Shown: positions 16,214 to 26,844 of the stretch, piece by piece
How positions within the stretch are numbered: position 1 is the stretch's first letter
Layout: the number at the start of each line of letters is the position of its first letter
From: a virus
Length of the DNA: 64,000 nt
IMG/VR virus record: IMGVR_UViG_3300034280_001042
Coordinates: 1-64,000 of that record
Strand: one strand, 5' to 3'
Program-made: the position numbers and the translations under genes
The notes under the pieces: model-generated
Database searches by the model: none
What the model saw: only the letters and a program-made list of their open reading frames with translations
What the model was told of the DNA's origin: nothing

Positions 16214-18551
16214 TGATATTTTAAGCAAAATAAAAAATAATATAGAAAATATCTTTTATTATTACGAAACTATAACAGATAACTCTTTTTTAGTAAATAA
16301 TTTATTTATTAGCACATCAGTAAAAGATGTGCTTATTAATGATTCTAGCTATGTTAAACTTTTAGTGTCTGACAGACCACTAGATAGTCAATTAATACCC
16401 ATTGAAAATATTAATCTTCTCTATTATAACAATAATAATTTAGATAATTTTGATAATATCTTTAATGATACCGTAGCCTGGTTAATAGACATACCAGAAA
16501 ATTTTGATGAACAACAATATCTAAAAAATAATCCTGAAGTAGCCAATTACTATTTGCCAGACGCTATAAATATGGGTTTTTCAGATCGTCAAAGAATCTA
16601 TCACCATTTTCTATTGTTCTATTATAGATTTTTAAACGACGATCAAAAACTATGGCTACAACCAGTAGACATAGAGTTTAACGAAGAGGACTATCTGAGC
16701 CGATATCCAAAAACAGAGAATTATTATCTGCCTTGGGCTGAAGAAAATGGCTATTCTAAAAGACAAAGACTCTATCATCATTATCTAAGATTTAATCAAA
16801 AATATTATAGTATTCATATCGAAAAAACATCTTCTCATAAAAAAAAATATTTAGTAACTAAATCTAGTTATTCTTACCATAAACAAAAACATCTTACACA
16901 GGATAGTAATGAAAATAAAGACAAGATTAAATGTAAGCTTTTAATAAAAATACCTACTTTAGGTAGAGAGAGTAAACTATTGCGAACACTAGAATCTTTT
17001 CAGACCAACGCATATAGTATAGAAGATATAGCATTTTGTATATCTGGTAATACAAATGATACAACAATAAACAATAAAAGCACAATAAATAAAATTCTTT
17101 CATTTCCAAATGTTCATATTTTTTTCGATAACCACCAGACCAAAATAGAAGCATATAATGCGGACATTAATCGATTCGATTTCGATATAGTAGTAGCTGC
17201 TTCAGATGACATGATAGTTACAGAAAAACATTACGATAGAATTATCGCACAAAGTATGAATAAATATTTTACAGATTTAGACGGGGTTCTTTGGTTCGAC
17301 ACAGGAGACAACGAAAAAACAGACACTTTGAGTATAGTCGGTAAAAAATACTATGAAAGATTTAACTACATATATCATACTAGTTATCAGGGGTATTTTT
17401 GTGATGATGAATTTACTCAAATAGCCTATAAATTAGGAAAGATTATTAGGATTAATAAACAGATTATACGGCACGATATCGCTCAGCATTTAGACATGTC
17501 TGATGACAATACGTATTTAAAAAGTTTAGTTTTTGGAGCTAGCGATAAAGCTATGTATAAAATCAGAAAAAAAATGCAATTTAATATTCCTGGCGCTAAT
17601 ACTCTAGAATACGCATCTTTGCCAGATATTTTTTTTGACGATAAAAGAAACAAGAATGAAACACGCTGGCCAATATATTTTACAAAATACGATGATCCTA
17701 TTAGTGTCCCAGAGCTTTATATTCTAGAAAAAATGGATATAGATATTGCTAATATGACAGCAGAAGAATTTTTAAAATTTGCCCCTAATTATTTTAGAGA
17801 TTTTAGACTATTGATTCCACCTATTATTCATCAGATTTGGTTTGGGGAAATTTCTTCAGAAATTAAAATGATGATGGAGACTTTTTCCAAAGAATATACA
17901 AATAAGTATCCCGGCTGGAGATATATTTTATGGACAGAAGAAAAACTTAATAATTTAGATATGATCAATAAAGACCTTTTTATGAAAGAAAAGAAATATG
18001 ACGCTAAATCAGATATTGCTAGACTAGAAATTTTAAATAGGTTTGGCGGTTGGTACTTGGATTCTGACTTTGTTTGGCTAGGAGACAAGCCTCTGTCTTC
18101 ATTAATATCTGTAGTTAAAAATGGCTTTATTATATCTTATGAAAAAAATGGAACAAAAACAGGGAGCAGATTTCTAGACAAAGATACTACTAGAGTGGCG
18201 AATGGGTTTTTAGGATCTACAATTAGCAATCCTATTATAGCATTTATTATTGGTCAAATGAGAGAGTCTTATGGAGTCAATCAAAATGAGGGTGCGGTTA
18301 TTTGTAGTGGACCTGATTTTGTTCAGTCGTGTTTAGATAGTATTTCTGGTATAGATATCAGCATCTTAGATCATAAGCATTTCTTTCCAGCCTGGTGGTG
18401 CCTAGACAAACAGAGAAATACCAGCTATGATGAACATATACAGAACACAAGTATAAGCATCGCAGAGCTAGGTAAAAAATATCCAAGCTCCATAGCCTAT
18501 CATATGGGATTTACATCAAAAAATGAATATAGTCACGGTAATGAACTATGA
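16206..18551 (+). CDS. Multidomain glycosyltransferase: FD..YL..NP repeats, GT2-like domain, GT32-like domain
   Basis: Likely start ATG 16206; KIPTLGR..SDDM..CDDEFT; IPPIIHQIW..KSDIARLEIL..FGGWYLDSD. Confidence 0.75.
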   Translation: MPNDILSKIKNNIENIFYYYETITDNSFLVNNLFISTSVKDVLINDSSYVKLLVSDRPLDSQLIPIENINLLYYNNNNLDNFDNIFNDTVAWLIDIPENFDEQQYLKNNPEVANYYLPDAINMGFSDRQRIYHHFLLFYYRFLNDDQKLWLQPVDIEFNEEDYLSRYPKTENYYLPWAEENGYSKRQRLYHHYLRFNQKYYSIHIEKTSSHKKKYLVTKSSYSYHKQKHLTQDSNENKDKIKCKLLIKIPTLGRESKLLRTLESFQTNAYSIEDIAFCISGNTNDTTINNKSTINKILSFPNVHIFFDNHQTKIEAYNADINRFDFDIVVAASDDMIVTEKHYDRIIAQSMNKYFTDLDGVLWFDTGDNEKTDTLSIVGKKYYERFNYIYHTSYQGYFCDDEFTQIAYKLGKIIRINKQIIRHDIAQHLDMSDDNTYLKSLVFGASDKAMYKIRKKMQFNIPGANTLEYASLPDIFFDDKRNKNETRWPIYFTKYDDPISVPELYILEKMDIDIANMTAEEFLKFAPNYFRDFRLLIPPIIHQIWFGEISSEIKMMMETFSKEYTNKYPGWRYILWTEEKLNNLDMINKDLFMKEKKYDAKSDIARLEILNRFGGWYLDSDFVWLGDKPLSSLISVVKNGFIISYEKNGTKTGSRFLDKDTTRVANGFLGSTISNPIIAFIIGQMRESYGVNQNEGAVICSGPDFVQSCLDSISGIDISILDHKHFFPAWWCLDKQRNTSYDEHIQNTSISIAELGKKYPSSIAYHMGFTSKNEYSHGNEL

Positions 18552-19359
18552 TTGGAATAATAAGAATAATGTGGCATTATGCTACCTGTGGATTAAACAG
18601 GCCGAGCTTTGGCTTAAAGAAACAGATACTTGTATTATCTTTTCTAGGGATCTTCTACCTAAAATATTGCTAGACAAAATGAGATCTTCAAAAACTTGTA
18701 AATTTAAAAATACCATACATAATGGTTTTGATCAAAAAATTAATTTTCCTGCTGGATCCTTCAAGTCTCGTGGAACAAATTTCACCTATAAATTTTTTGT
18801 TATTTGCTCTATTTCTTTTCCTTTTATTTTCATAGATGCTGATGCTATTATAGTGTCCGACATCAATAAAATAAGAGAGGTTCATAATAATCAGTCGAAA
18901 CCCATTATTTGCATAGATCATGAACAAGATGAACAAATTAAAACAGCAAACTATCCACCATTCATTAATTCTGGTGTTATGTTGATTAATGACCCGCAAA
19001 AAGAAATTATTAACTGGAATAAAATATATGACTATGGTATTAGACACAGATTTATGTTTTATTTTAAGGGTTCAAAACAAATCATTCCAGGAACAGATCA
19101 GGCTATATTAAAATCTTACCTAGATTTTATACAGTATGACTATAGGCACGAAGAAATAGATAGCTCATATAATCCCTGTTCTTTTGGTGTTGAATTCTCT
19201 AAAAATAATAATGGCGTATGGGAAGCATATAAAAATAATGAACCCATGCACATAGTTCACTATTGGCATAACCACAAACCATGGAGTAATATACAGTGTC
19301 CAATGTTTCAAGAGGTAAGAAATGACAAAATGTTCAATAGTTATACTATCATGGAATAG
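18523..19359 (+). CDS. GT8-like glycosyltransferase
   Basis: FIDADA, INSGVM, TDQAIL, YN and HYW..KPW. Confidence 0.7.
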   Translation: MNIVTVMNYDWNNKNNVALCYLWIKQAELWLKETDTCIIFSRDLLPKILLDKMRSSKTCKFKNTIHNGFDQKINFPAGSFKSRGTNFTYKFFVICSISFPFIFIDADAIIVSDINKIREVHNNQSKPIICIDHEQDEQIKTANYPPFINSGVMLINDPQKEIINWNKIYDYGIRHRFMFYFKGSKQIIPGTDQAILKSYLDFIQYDYRHEEIDSSYNPCSFGVEFSKNNNGVWEAYKNNEPMHIVHYWHNHKPWSNIQCPMFQEVRNDKMFNSYTIME

Positions 19360-20527
19360 GCCTAAAAATATAAATAGCATAATCGAAAAATATAATAACT
19401 ATTCTATAGTTGAAGAAATTATAGTATGGAACAATAATAGTTTATTTTTGATTAATAGCAATTTGCCTAAGGTTAAAACCATAAACACAAATAAAGATCT
19501 AGGACTAAACTCAAGATTTAGTGCTGCCCTACTGTGTAAAAATAGATGCGTAGTTGTTCATGATGATGACCTGATTCTCTCTGAACTAAATATCAAAGGA
19601 TTAGTAGATGCTTTCACTTCTGATTATTGTAGAGTATATACTTATGAGGGTAGAAATTTAGTCAATAATTTATATACCAATATTCCTGGTCCGGGCAGAA
19701 TAGAAAAAGTTTCATCTCCTACTGAAGTTGATATATGTTTAACTAGAGCTACGTGTTTTGACAAAAATTTAGCAGCAGAGTATCTTCGACTATCCGACAT
19801 CGTATTCTACGATACCGACATATGTTTAAACGCAGAAGACATACTATTAAGTTATATTTCAACAAACTATTTTGGTAAAAAACCACTAGTAATACCAATT
19901 CCAGATATAAACGGATATGAGGAGCTTCCAGCAGAAGCAGATACAAAAATTTCTACTAGGCCAAATTTTATTAGTGAGAGAAATAAAACTATCAATAGGT
20001 GTCAAATAATACTACCCGAACCTACTTATGAAAATAAACCAAACACAATATTTGGACCGGGGGCATATCCGAATGGATACTACGAAGAATCAATCTGCTA
20101 TAATAGCACGTATTCAAAAATTTTAGTTAAAGATAGCAGTGGTATAAGATATCTGTCTATAGATAATGATCCATCCTACGATTATTCTTGTGCCACTATT
20201 CTACTTACGAAGCCTGTGAATATTTTAAAGAATTTACTCCTAACACTATTTTTTAAAAACAATAGCGTCCCTGTAGAAGTTAAATTCTCTTTCACTCTGA
20301 ATAATCATGACTATGAATCAAACAGAATTCTATTGCAACAAATAAGTGTAAATTATGTTGAGCAATACGAAATCTCTCCCGAGGATATAGTTGCGGGTTT
20401 AGTGTCAGAACAAACAGACTTTTCAGATTTTATGCTATCCGAAATAAAACTGATTATTCATAATAACAAAAAAAAATGTGAGTTATGCATCGCTGATCTA
20501 TCTTATGATAATAAAGGAGAAATTTAA
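19322..20527 (+). CDS. GT64 (EXTL2-like) glycosyltransferase with a C-terminal beta-rich domain
   Basis: ILSWNR, IIVWNN, LNSRF, HDDDL, AEDILL and ISTRP..ER motifs. Confidence 0.65.
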   Translation: MTKCSIVILSWNRPKNINSIIEKYNNYSIVEEIIVWNNNSLFLINSNLPKVKTINTNKDLGLNSRFSAALLCKNRCVVVHDDDLILSELNIKGLVDAFTSDYCRVYTYEGRNLVNNLYTNIPGPGRIEKVSSPTEVDICLTRATCFDKNLAAEYLRLSDIVFYDTDICLNAEDILLSYISTNYFGKKPLVIPIPDINGYEELPAEADTKISTRPNFISERNKTINRCQIILPEPTYENKPNTIFGPGAYPNGYYEESICYNSTYSKILVKDSSGIRYLSIDNDPSYDYSCATILLTKPVNILKNLLLTLFFKNNSVPVEVKFSFTLNNHDYESNRILLQQISVNYVEQYEISPEDIVAGLVSEQTDFSDFMLSEIKLIIHNNKKKCELCIADLSYDNKGEI

Positions 20528-20775
20528 TGTACGAAGATCTAAAAAACTTATTAGAACACTATGAGCCCACAAACAATTTGGAGCAGGATACAAAAATTAA
20601 ACAAATGCTTTCTTTGTGTTTTCAGACTATAATGAGACTAGACACGCAGAACGGCGAATTAGTAGAAAAGATATTAAAGATCGAAAAAGTAGAATCAACT
20701 CTATTAAATGAAATCGAAAGTATCAAAAATAAAACCTCAGATTTTCTTGGTAGCTGGGTTCGTTATAATTGGTAG
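20527..20775 (+). CDS. Small coiled-coil protein
   Basis: AGGAG RBS; heptad pattern. Confidence 0.55.
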   Translation: MYEDLKNLLEHYEPTNNLEQDTKIKQMLSLCFQTIMRLDTQNGELVEKILKIEKVESTLLNEIESIKNKTSDFLGSWVRYNW

Positions 20776-20779
20776 TCTT

Positions 20780-21508
20780 ATGACACAAACTATCAATATT
20801 TTTCAGGTTATTAAAAATAGATCAAAAATAATAACTCCAAATGGAAATTTGCTGTATTTATATCCTAATTGTATAGACTCTATTCTGAATAGTATAGAAG
20901 GGTCTAAGATTAGATATAAAATTACTATTTGTGACTTTGAATCTAATGACTTCCCTTTAGAAGACTGGCTACCACAAAAACTAAAAGGCGTATTGGATTA
21001 TGAAATTATTAAAATATCTCGCAAATTTTTTGATAAGGGTATTGGATTAAATATATCTAGGAGTATTTTTAATCATGAGGATTTTATATTTTATCTAGAT
21101 GCCGACAATCAAATAACCAAGAACGCAATAAATAGAATAGAGCACAGGCTTGAACAATCATGTGATTCGGTTGGTTTTTTAGCGCCTATCTACATAGAAG
21201 AAGACGGAAGTAAAATTCGTAGAGTTGACAGCGTTGGTAATCTATGGATAAGAAACAAAGACTTATTAAGTATACCTCCGTGGATTAATATGAACTGTTG
21301 GGGAGGAGAAGACACAATCTTTTTGTATAACTGCTTAAAGTCCAAACTAAGGGTTTATCGTGAGACCGATGTGGATATCTATCATCAATGGCACCCAGCA
21401 GAATTAAGGAACAAGTATTACAAAGGAGGACTTCCTCCTAAAGATGATTATTCCCAAGCAATTAGGGACTATTATAAAACAGGTGTTCTAAGAGAGATTA
21501 CTAAATGA
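20780..21508 (+). CDS. GT2/GT7-C-like glycosyltransferase
   Basis: Likely start ATG 20780; CDFES, YLDAD, WGGED and HQWH. Confidence 0.7.
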   Translation: MTQTINIFQVIKNRSKIITPNGNLLYLYPNCIDSILNSIEGSKIRYKITICDFESNDFPLEDWLPQKLKGVLDYEIIKISRKFFDKGIGLNISRSIFNHEDFIFYLDADNQITKNAINRIEHRLEQSCDSVGFLAPIYIEEDGSKIRRVDSVGNLWIRNKDLLSIPPWINMNCWGGEDTIFLYNCLKSKLRVYRETDVDIYHQWHPAELRNKYYKGGLPPKDDYSQAIRDYYKTGVLREITK

Positions 21509-22545
21509 AAGTTACTATTCAAGCAATGAGGGGATCCGCAGAGAATACTTTTTTCCCTTATGTAGATTGGATGTATCGTATACTTTTCAAAGAACTAGAG
21601 TCCAAACTTGGATGGAAAATTACACTCAACTCAAGACCATGCGTCAAAGAACAGTTTGGAAATCCACATGGGCAACATCATACTATTCTAAGAATAGAAG
21701 GATGTAAACCAATTGTAATAGATGAAAGAGAGGTTTCTTATATTACTCCAGTCATCAATGACTTTGATGCTTGGTTTATTGTCAAATATGCATATAGAGA
21801 CAAAGAAGGCTTTTATAATAATAGAGGTATTGGGATTGAAAATGATGAACAAAGTAAAAACCTTGGAGGATGTAGACATAAGGTTGTACCATGGGTCGGT
21901 CATGCTTGGGAATATGGAAGATGGAAAACCAAACCATGTGAAACTTGGGTTTCCAATTTTGATAAAGACATAAATCTAATATTTACTGGTACAGACCGAA
22001 GGAATAGAGATACTGAGATTTTAAGATCTAGTATATGCAGGACCATAGAAAAATATCTACCACCAATGTCCTATCTAGGACTACACACCGTTCCGTTTAG
22101 CATAACAAATGGGATAGATAATGTGTATTCTAATATTATCATTAAAAGCCTATACGAAGATTATCAAAATAAGCTTTCTAGGACTAGGATTGGATTAAGC
22201 CTGCCCGGACTTGGCCTTGCCTGTTACAGAGAATACGAATATTTTGCCCAATGTATTCCATGTATAGCTCCCGAGTTTGAAGTCAGGTACGCGGACCCAT
22301 TGATTCCAGATTATCATTACGTGGCATTTGATTTAGAAAAACCAGAATCTTTTAAAGAAGCATATGACAAATTACAATCTAAAGATTTTTATGACTTCGT
22401 TTCTTTTAATGCCTGGAATTGGTGGAGAAAGAATTCTAATCCCAAAAATAAACAAGGAATGCTAGATTCATTTTTATCTGCACTAGGACAATGTGATTCT
22501 TTTAAAGAAAAATTTCCAAACTATTATTTAACAGGTTTTAGATGA
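21505..22545 (+). CDS. GT-B glycosyltransferase-like (exostosin GT47/GT90-like C-terminus)
   Basis: LSLPGLG..CYRE.EYF and P.IP.YHYV. Confidence 0.5.
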   Translation: MKVTIQAMRGSAENTFFPYVDWMYRILFKELESKLGWKITLNSRPCVKEQFGNPHGQHHTILRIEGCKPIVIDEREVSYITPVINDFDAWFIVKYAYRDKEGFYNNRGIGIENDEQSKNLGGCRHKVVPWVGHAWEYGRWKTKPCETWVSNFDKDINLIFTGTDRRNRDTEILRSSICRTIEKYLPPMSYLGLHTVPFSITNGIDNVYSNIIIKSLYEDYQNKLSRTRIGLSLPGLGLACYREYEYFAQCIPCIAPEFEVRYADPLIPDYHYVAFDLEKPESFKEAYDKLQSKDFYDFVSFNAWNWWRKNSNPKNKQGMLDSFLSALGQCDSFKEKFPNYYLTGFR

Positions 22546-22560
22546 TCGGATTGGTGAATT

Positions 22561-23364
22561 ATGAAAAACTTATTGATTGGTTATTTTTATAATGTAAAGT
22601 CTATTGAAGGAATCAAGGTGTTTATAAAGAGCGCTTATTCTTTAAAAAACAAAAGCTTCGATACTGTTTTGCTAGACGCTTCTGACGATGGTTCTGGAGA
22701 GGAGATAACAGAATTTGCAAAAAAAAACGATGTTTCAATTGTCAAAATCAACAAACAAATTGATAGTCTTTATATAGATAGATTTCAAGCATATAAAGAA
22801 TACCTTAGTCAAACCACGTATCAGCATATAATACTGAGTGATTGCACAGATGTTTATTTACAAAAAGATCCTTTCTTAGACTTAGAAACCTATCAATCGG
22901 GGTTGGTTTTATCTTCTGAAAATGCTCTAATTAAAGATATACGGTGGAATTATGACATTATTAAAAACGTATATAATTATCAAATAGCTGATCAGTTTTT
23001 AGAAAAAATGGTAATCAATAGTGGCATAATTTCAGGAGACCAAGCTTCTTTAGATGCTATTTGTGATCTCATTGTTTCCGAGCACAATAAAACACGGCGC
23101 TGTTTTACCGGATCAGACCAAGGAATATTAATGAAAATAATCTATTCTAAACAGTATCCTTATAGCTATCAATTTGCTTCTAGTAATTTTAGTTTAATGT
23201 TAGCTGCTGGTTTTGGTTTTTTTGATAAACTCATCAATAGTCACGGAATTAATATTGACGGGATCAAAATCACAGACAACCTTAATAGGGTGTATTCGAT
23301 AGTTCATCAATACAATAGAAAAGAAAGTTTTAACAATAAAGTAATCCAATATTTCTCAACATAA
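22561..23364 (+). CDS. GT-A fold glycosyltransferase-like protein
   Basis: SDCTDVYLQKDPF, INSGII, SDQG and VHQYNR. Confidence 0.65.
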   Translation: MKNLLIGYFYNVKSIEGIKVFIKSAYSLKNKSFDTVLLDASDDGSGEEITEFAKKNDVSIVKINKQIDSLYIDRFQAYKEYLSQTTYQHIILSDCTDVYLQKDPFLDLETYQSGLVLSSENALIKDIRWNYDIIKNVYNYQIADQFLEKMVINSGIISGDQASLDAICDLIVSEHNKTRRCFTGSDQGILMKIIYSKQYPYSYQFASSNFSLMLAAGFGFFDKLINSHGINIDGIKITDNLNRVYSIVHQYNRKESFNNKVIQYFST

Positions 23365-23476
23365 GCAGAAAAACATGGGTTTCTAATCTACAAATATGAG
23401 AAAAATATCATCTCCAGACGAAGTTAAAAACAAAGTTAAAAAAACAAAACAAAACAAAATATAAAAAGGGGGACAA

Positions 23477-24031
23477 TTGAACATTCACAAAAATGGATTT
23501 TGGTTAGATATGAATTCAGACGGCCATTACTTCGACATAAACCTTAATTCTGAGATGATTAAGTTTTTAAGAGAGGAAAAAATAAATTCTATAATAGACC
23601 TTGGTTGTGGTAACGGAAGCTATTCCAAAGAATTTAAAAAAGAAGGTTTTTCATGCGATTGTTACGACGGAAACCCCAACACAAAAGAGCTTACCGGAGG
23701 GCTCTGCTCAGAGATCAACCTTGCGGAAGAAATCGATTTAAATAAAAAATATGATTGTGTCGTTTCTTTAGAGGTCGGAGAACATATCCCAAAAGAATTT
23801 GAATCTATATTTATAGATAATATAATAAAACACTCAAAAGGACTGATAATTTTATCTTGGGCTGTGGTGGGGCAAGGAGGAAGAGGTCATGTAAACGAAA
23901 GAGATAATGACTACATAGAAAAAACTTTTTTAGACAAAGGATGGAAAAGAAATAAAGAAAAAGAAAAAGAATTAAGAGAGAAAAGTAGCTTAAGTTGGTT
24001 CAAAAAGACTATAATGGTTTACGAAATATAA
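23477..24031 (+). CDS. Class I SAM-dependent methyltransferase
   Basis: IDLGCGNG, SLEVGEHI and GQGGRGHVN; TTG start with an AGGGGG RBS. Confidence 0.85.
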   Translation: MNIHKNGFWLDMNSDGHYFDINLNSEMIKFLREEKINSIIDLGCGNGSYSKEFKKEGFSCDCYDGNPNTKELTGGLCSEINLAEEIDLNKKYDCVVSLEVGEHIPKEFESIFIDNIIKHSKGLIILSWAVVGQGGRGHVNERDNDYIEKTFLDKGWKRNKEKEKELREKSSLSWFKKTIMVYEI

Positions 24032-24073
24032 AAAGATCTCACAAAAAACCTTTTAAAATAACGCAAGGAAAAA

Positions 24074-24634
24074 ATGGAACATTTTTATCAAAAAGTTGAT
24101 GGGTGGTTCAACATGGAAAAACAATATCTAGAATTACTCAGCCATTGCCCGGATGGTGGAACTCTCGTTGAACTAGGGGCGTGGAAAGGGAAAAGCACAT
24201 GCTTCATAGCAACAGAAATTATAAAACAAAAAAGAAACCTAAAGTTTTATACGATAGACACGTTTGAAGGAACTTCGGAACTATCAGATATTGCCGAGAC
24301 GAGTGTTTACAACAAACAAGATAAGAACATACTAGACCAATTTATTAAAAATACGACCCCAGTAAAAGATAACTTGAACTACATAATATCAAAAAGCCAT
24401 GAAGCTGCCAAAGAATTTGACGACTTCTCGGTCGATTCTATATTCATAGACGCAGGACATTCCTACGAATCAGTAAAAAAAGATATAGAATGTTGGTATC
24501 CAAAAATGAAAAAAAATAGCATAATTTCCGGCCATGATTACACAGAAGGTTGGCCAGGAGTAATGAAAGCCGTAAATGAATTTTTTGGAAAACCGGATAA
24601 GGTAGAAAATAGTTGCTGGTTTAAATACTTGTAG
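24074..24634 (+). CDS. Class I SAM methyltransferase (Methyltransf_24-like)
   Basis: VELGAWKGKS, FIDAGHSY and ISGHDY. Confidence 0.85.
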   Translation: MEHFYQKVDGWFNMEKQYLELLSHCPDGGTLVELGAWKGKSTCFIATEIIKQKRNLKFYTIDTFEGTSELSDIAETSVYNKQDKNILDQFIKNTTPVKDNLNYIISKSHEAAKEFDDFSVDSIFIDAGHSYESVKKDIECWYPKMKKNSIISGHDYTEGWPGVMKAVNEFFGKPDKVENSCWFKYL

Positions 24635-24706
24635 CAAAAAAATACCTTCTAGAACACAACTATAGTAATTTATGCTCGATAATAAACTTAACAAGGTGAG
24701 AAAAAA

Positions 24707-25447
24707 ATGAGCACTTTTAGCCAAGTTCCAAGTATCATAGGAGCTAATCAATTAGAAATAACAAAAAAAAATCCATTGTCATATGCTCCCATTTCAAACT
24801 TATCTGTTGTGGTTGGTTTGAAAAACAGGTCCAGAGTTTTACAAACTTCCATAAATTCTTGGCTAATGAAACCAGAAATTAAAGAAATAGTAATAGTCGA
24901 TTGTTCTTCTTCTGATTTTAATTCAAAATACTTTGAATCTTTAGATAAACGAATCATAATTATAAGATCGCATGATGAAGAATACTTTAATCAGTCTAAA
25001 GTTTATAATATTGGAATTGAAAATTGTATTTATGAAAATATTCTAAAATTAGATGTCGATTACATCTTGAATCCTTATATTGATTTGTGCGATTGGCTAA
25101 GTTTTGATTTGGAATCTGAGTTTTTTACCGGGCATTGGGGAGATGGATCGTTGGACAATTCCTTGGGGTTCTTGAAATATTTAAATGGATTTTTGTGTGC
25201 AAAAAAAGAACACATAATTAATGCCGGATTATACCAAGGAAATCAGCATGGTTATGGTTATGATGATTGTGATTTATACTCAAGACTAGAGAAATTAGGA
25301 TTAAATAGACAACGACTTAAATTTGATAAAAATTTTGTACCAATTTTTCATATCCCACATGGCGACTACTTTAGGACAGAAAACTACAAAGAAAAAGATT
25401 TGTCTGTATCTTGGGAAAAAAACATGCATGAAAAAAGATCTCGCTAA
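24707..25447 (+). CDS. GT2/GT7-C-like glycosyltransferase
   Basis: KNR, IVDCSS, KLDVD, YGYDDCDLY.RL and HIPH. Confidence 0.7.
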   Translation: MSTFSQVPSIIGANQLEITKKNPLSYAPISNLSVVVGLKNRSRVLQTSINSWLMKPEIKEIVIVDCSSSDFNSKYFESLDKRIIIIRSHDEEYFNQSKVYNIGIENCIYENILKLDVDYILNPYIDLCDWLSFDLESEFFTGHWGDGSLDNSLGFLKYLNGFLCAKKEHIINAGLYQGNQHGYGYDDCDLYSRLEKLGLNRQRLKFDKNFVPIFHIPHGDYFRTENYKEKDLSVSWEKNMHEKRSR

Positions 25448-25510
25448 TCTGAAAGAATTTTCAGAAGAATGTCCACAGAAAGTCTTTGAAATTATAAAAA
25501 AACTTTTATC

Positions 25511-26161
25511 ATGAAAATATTATTTACACAATGGTTTAAAGCCACGCCCGAAGTTTTAACATACAATCTGTATTGCTTGTATAGAAACCTTTCTAATGAA
25601 AGAATAGACAAACTAGTTCTATTTGTTGACAATTGTGAGTTCAGTAATATTTTCAATGAAAAGCTGATTGTTGTTCCAATACAAATAAGACTTTCCTATA
25701 AAATGTGGATGGACTATGCCGATAAAGAATATCCAGAAGACATAAAAATACTATCTAATTCTGATGTTTATTTTGATGAATCATTATCTTTTTTGGATCA
25801 AATAAATGAGTGGGAAAATAGATTATACGTATTAACAAGAAAAGATTTGACAAAAGATGGGAATATAATTCCCTCCTCTTTAGTGTATAATCCAAATAAC
25901 ACAGAGCAAACCAGCCCTCAGCATTGTCAAGACGCTTGGATATACAAAAACAAACTAGGGGGAGATTTCAATTATAATCTTGGAGTAATGCATTGCGAAA
26001 ATAGTTTCAGAATAAGCGCTCAAGAATTTGGAATAGAAGTATTTAGTCTTTTTGATAATGTTGAATTGATACATGTTGACTGGAGAGGTTCAAAAATATA
26101 CAGTCAAGAACAATATATAATTTATAAAGAACGCCCAAACTTGCCATATATAGAAAAATGA
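25511..26161 (+). CDS. Putative glycosyltransferase (NSD..F / QDAWI type)
   Basis: NSDVYFD, LTR, QDAWIY and G..HCEN. Confidence 0.5.
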   Translation: MKILFTQWFKATPEVLTYNLYCLYRNLSNERIDKLVLFVDNCEFSNIFNEKLIVVPIQIRLSYKMWMDYADKEYPEDIKILSNSDVYFDESLSFLDQINEWENRLYVLTRKDLTKDGNIIPSSLVYNPNNTEQTSPQHCQDAWIYKNKLGGDFNYNLGVMHCENSFRISAQEFGIEVFSLFDNVELIHVDWRGSKIYSQEQYIIYKERPNLPYIEK

Positions 26162-26841
26162 AGAGACAATTAATATCAGTAATAGGAGTGGAAATTGTAG
26201 ACATAGATCTATTTTATCATTTCATAAACTATTATAACCCATATGTTGACGAATTTTCTTTAGTGTTTAATTATAAAAATAAAGATATATTAGATTCTTT
26301 TTATGAAATGGTACCACAAAATAAAAGGAATATACAATTTTGGGATAAAAAATTTACTGAGGATGCCAAAACAAAATATATAAATGAATTAATTAGTTTT
26401 GATGATAGAGTCAGCTTAATAGCAGATCACGATGAATTCATTGAGTTTAATGAAGAGTTTTTTGATTGTCCAAAAAATAAATGTAATGTTGGCGAATTGG
26501 TACAAAGATTTAATGTAGTGAACGATAAAGTGGTTCTATCTAAAGTAGAAAGAGATAAGAGCCTATTTGATCAATTCAAATATTCAAGCACAACAGATAT
26601 ACCTGATGGTCACATAAATACTTTCCGAGCATCAGCAAAAGTTTGTTATGTTCATGATATGCGCGTTTCTGATGGACATCATTGTCTTGAAGGATGGGTG
26701 GGACCAACAGTAGAACAGATTCACACTAAAATAAATGTTTATCATTTCAAATACGATAGCTATTTCCCAAAAGTTGTAAAAAATATTCTTGATGTATATC
26801 CGACTTTCGATGAAATTATAACCCTAGATAAGTTGATTTGA
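26158..26841 (+). CDS. GT2-like protein
   Basis: HF.NYY, ADHDEF, GHH and YHFKY. Confidence 0.55.
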   Translation: MKRQLISVIGVEIVDIDLFYHFINYYNPYVDEFSLVFNYKNKDILDSFYEMVPQNKRNIQFWDKKFTEDAKTKYINELISFDDRVSLIADHDEFIEFNEEFFDCPKNKCNVGELVQRFNVVNDKVVLSKVERDKSLFDQFKYSSTTDIPDGHINTFRASAKVCYVHDMRVSDGHHCLEGWVGPTVEQIHTKINVYHFKYDSYFPKVVKNILDVYPTFDEIITLDKLI

Positions 26842-26844
26842 CAA

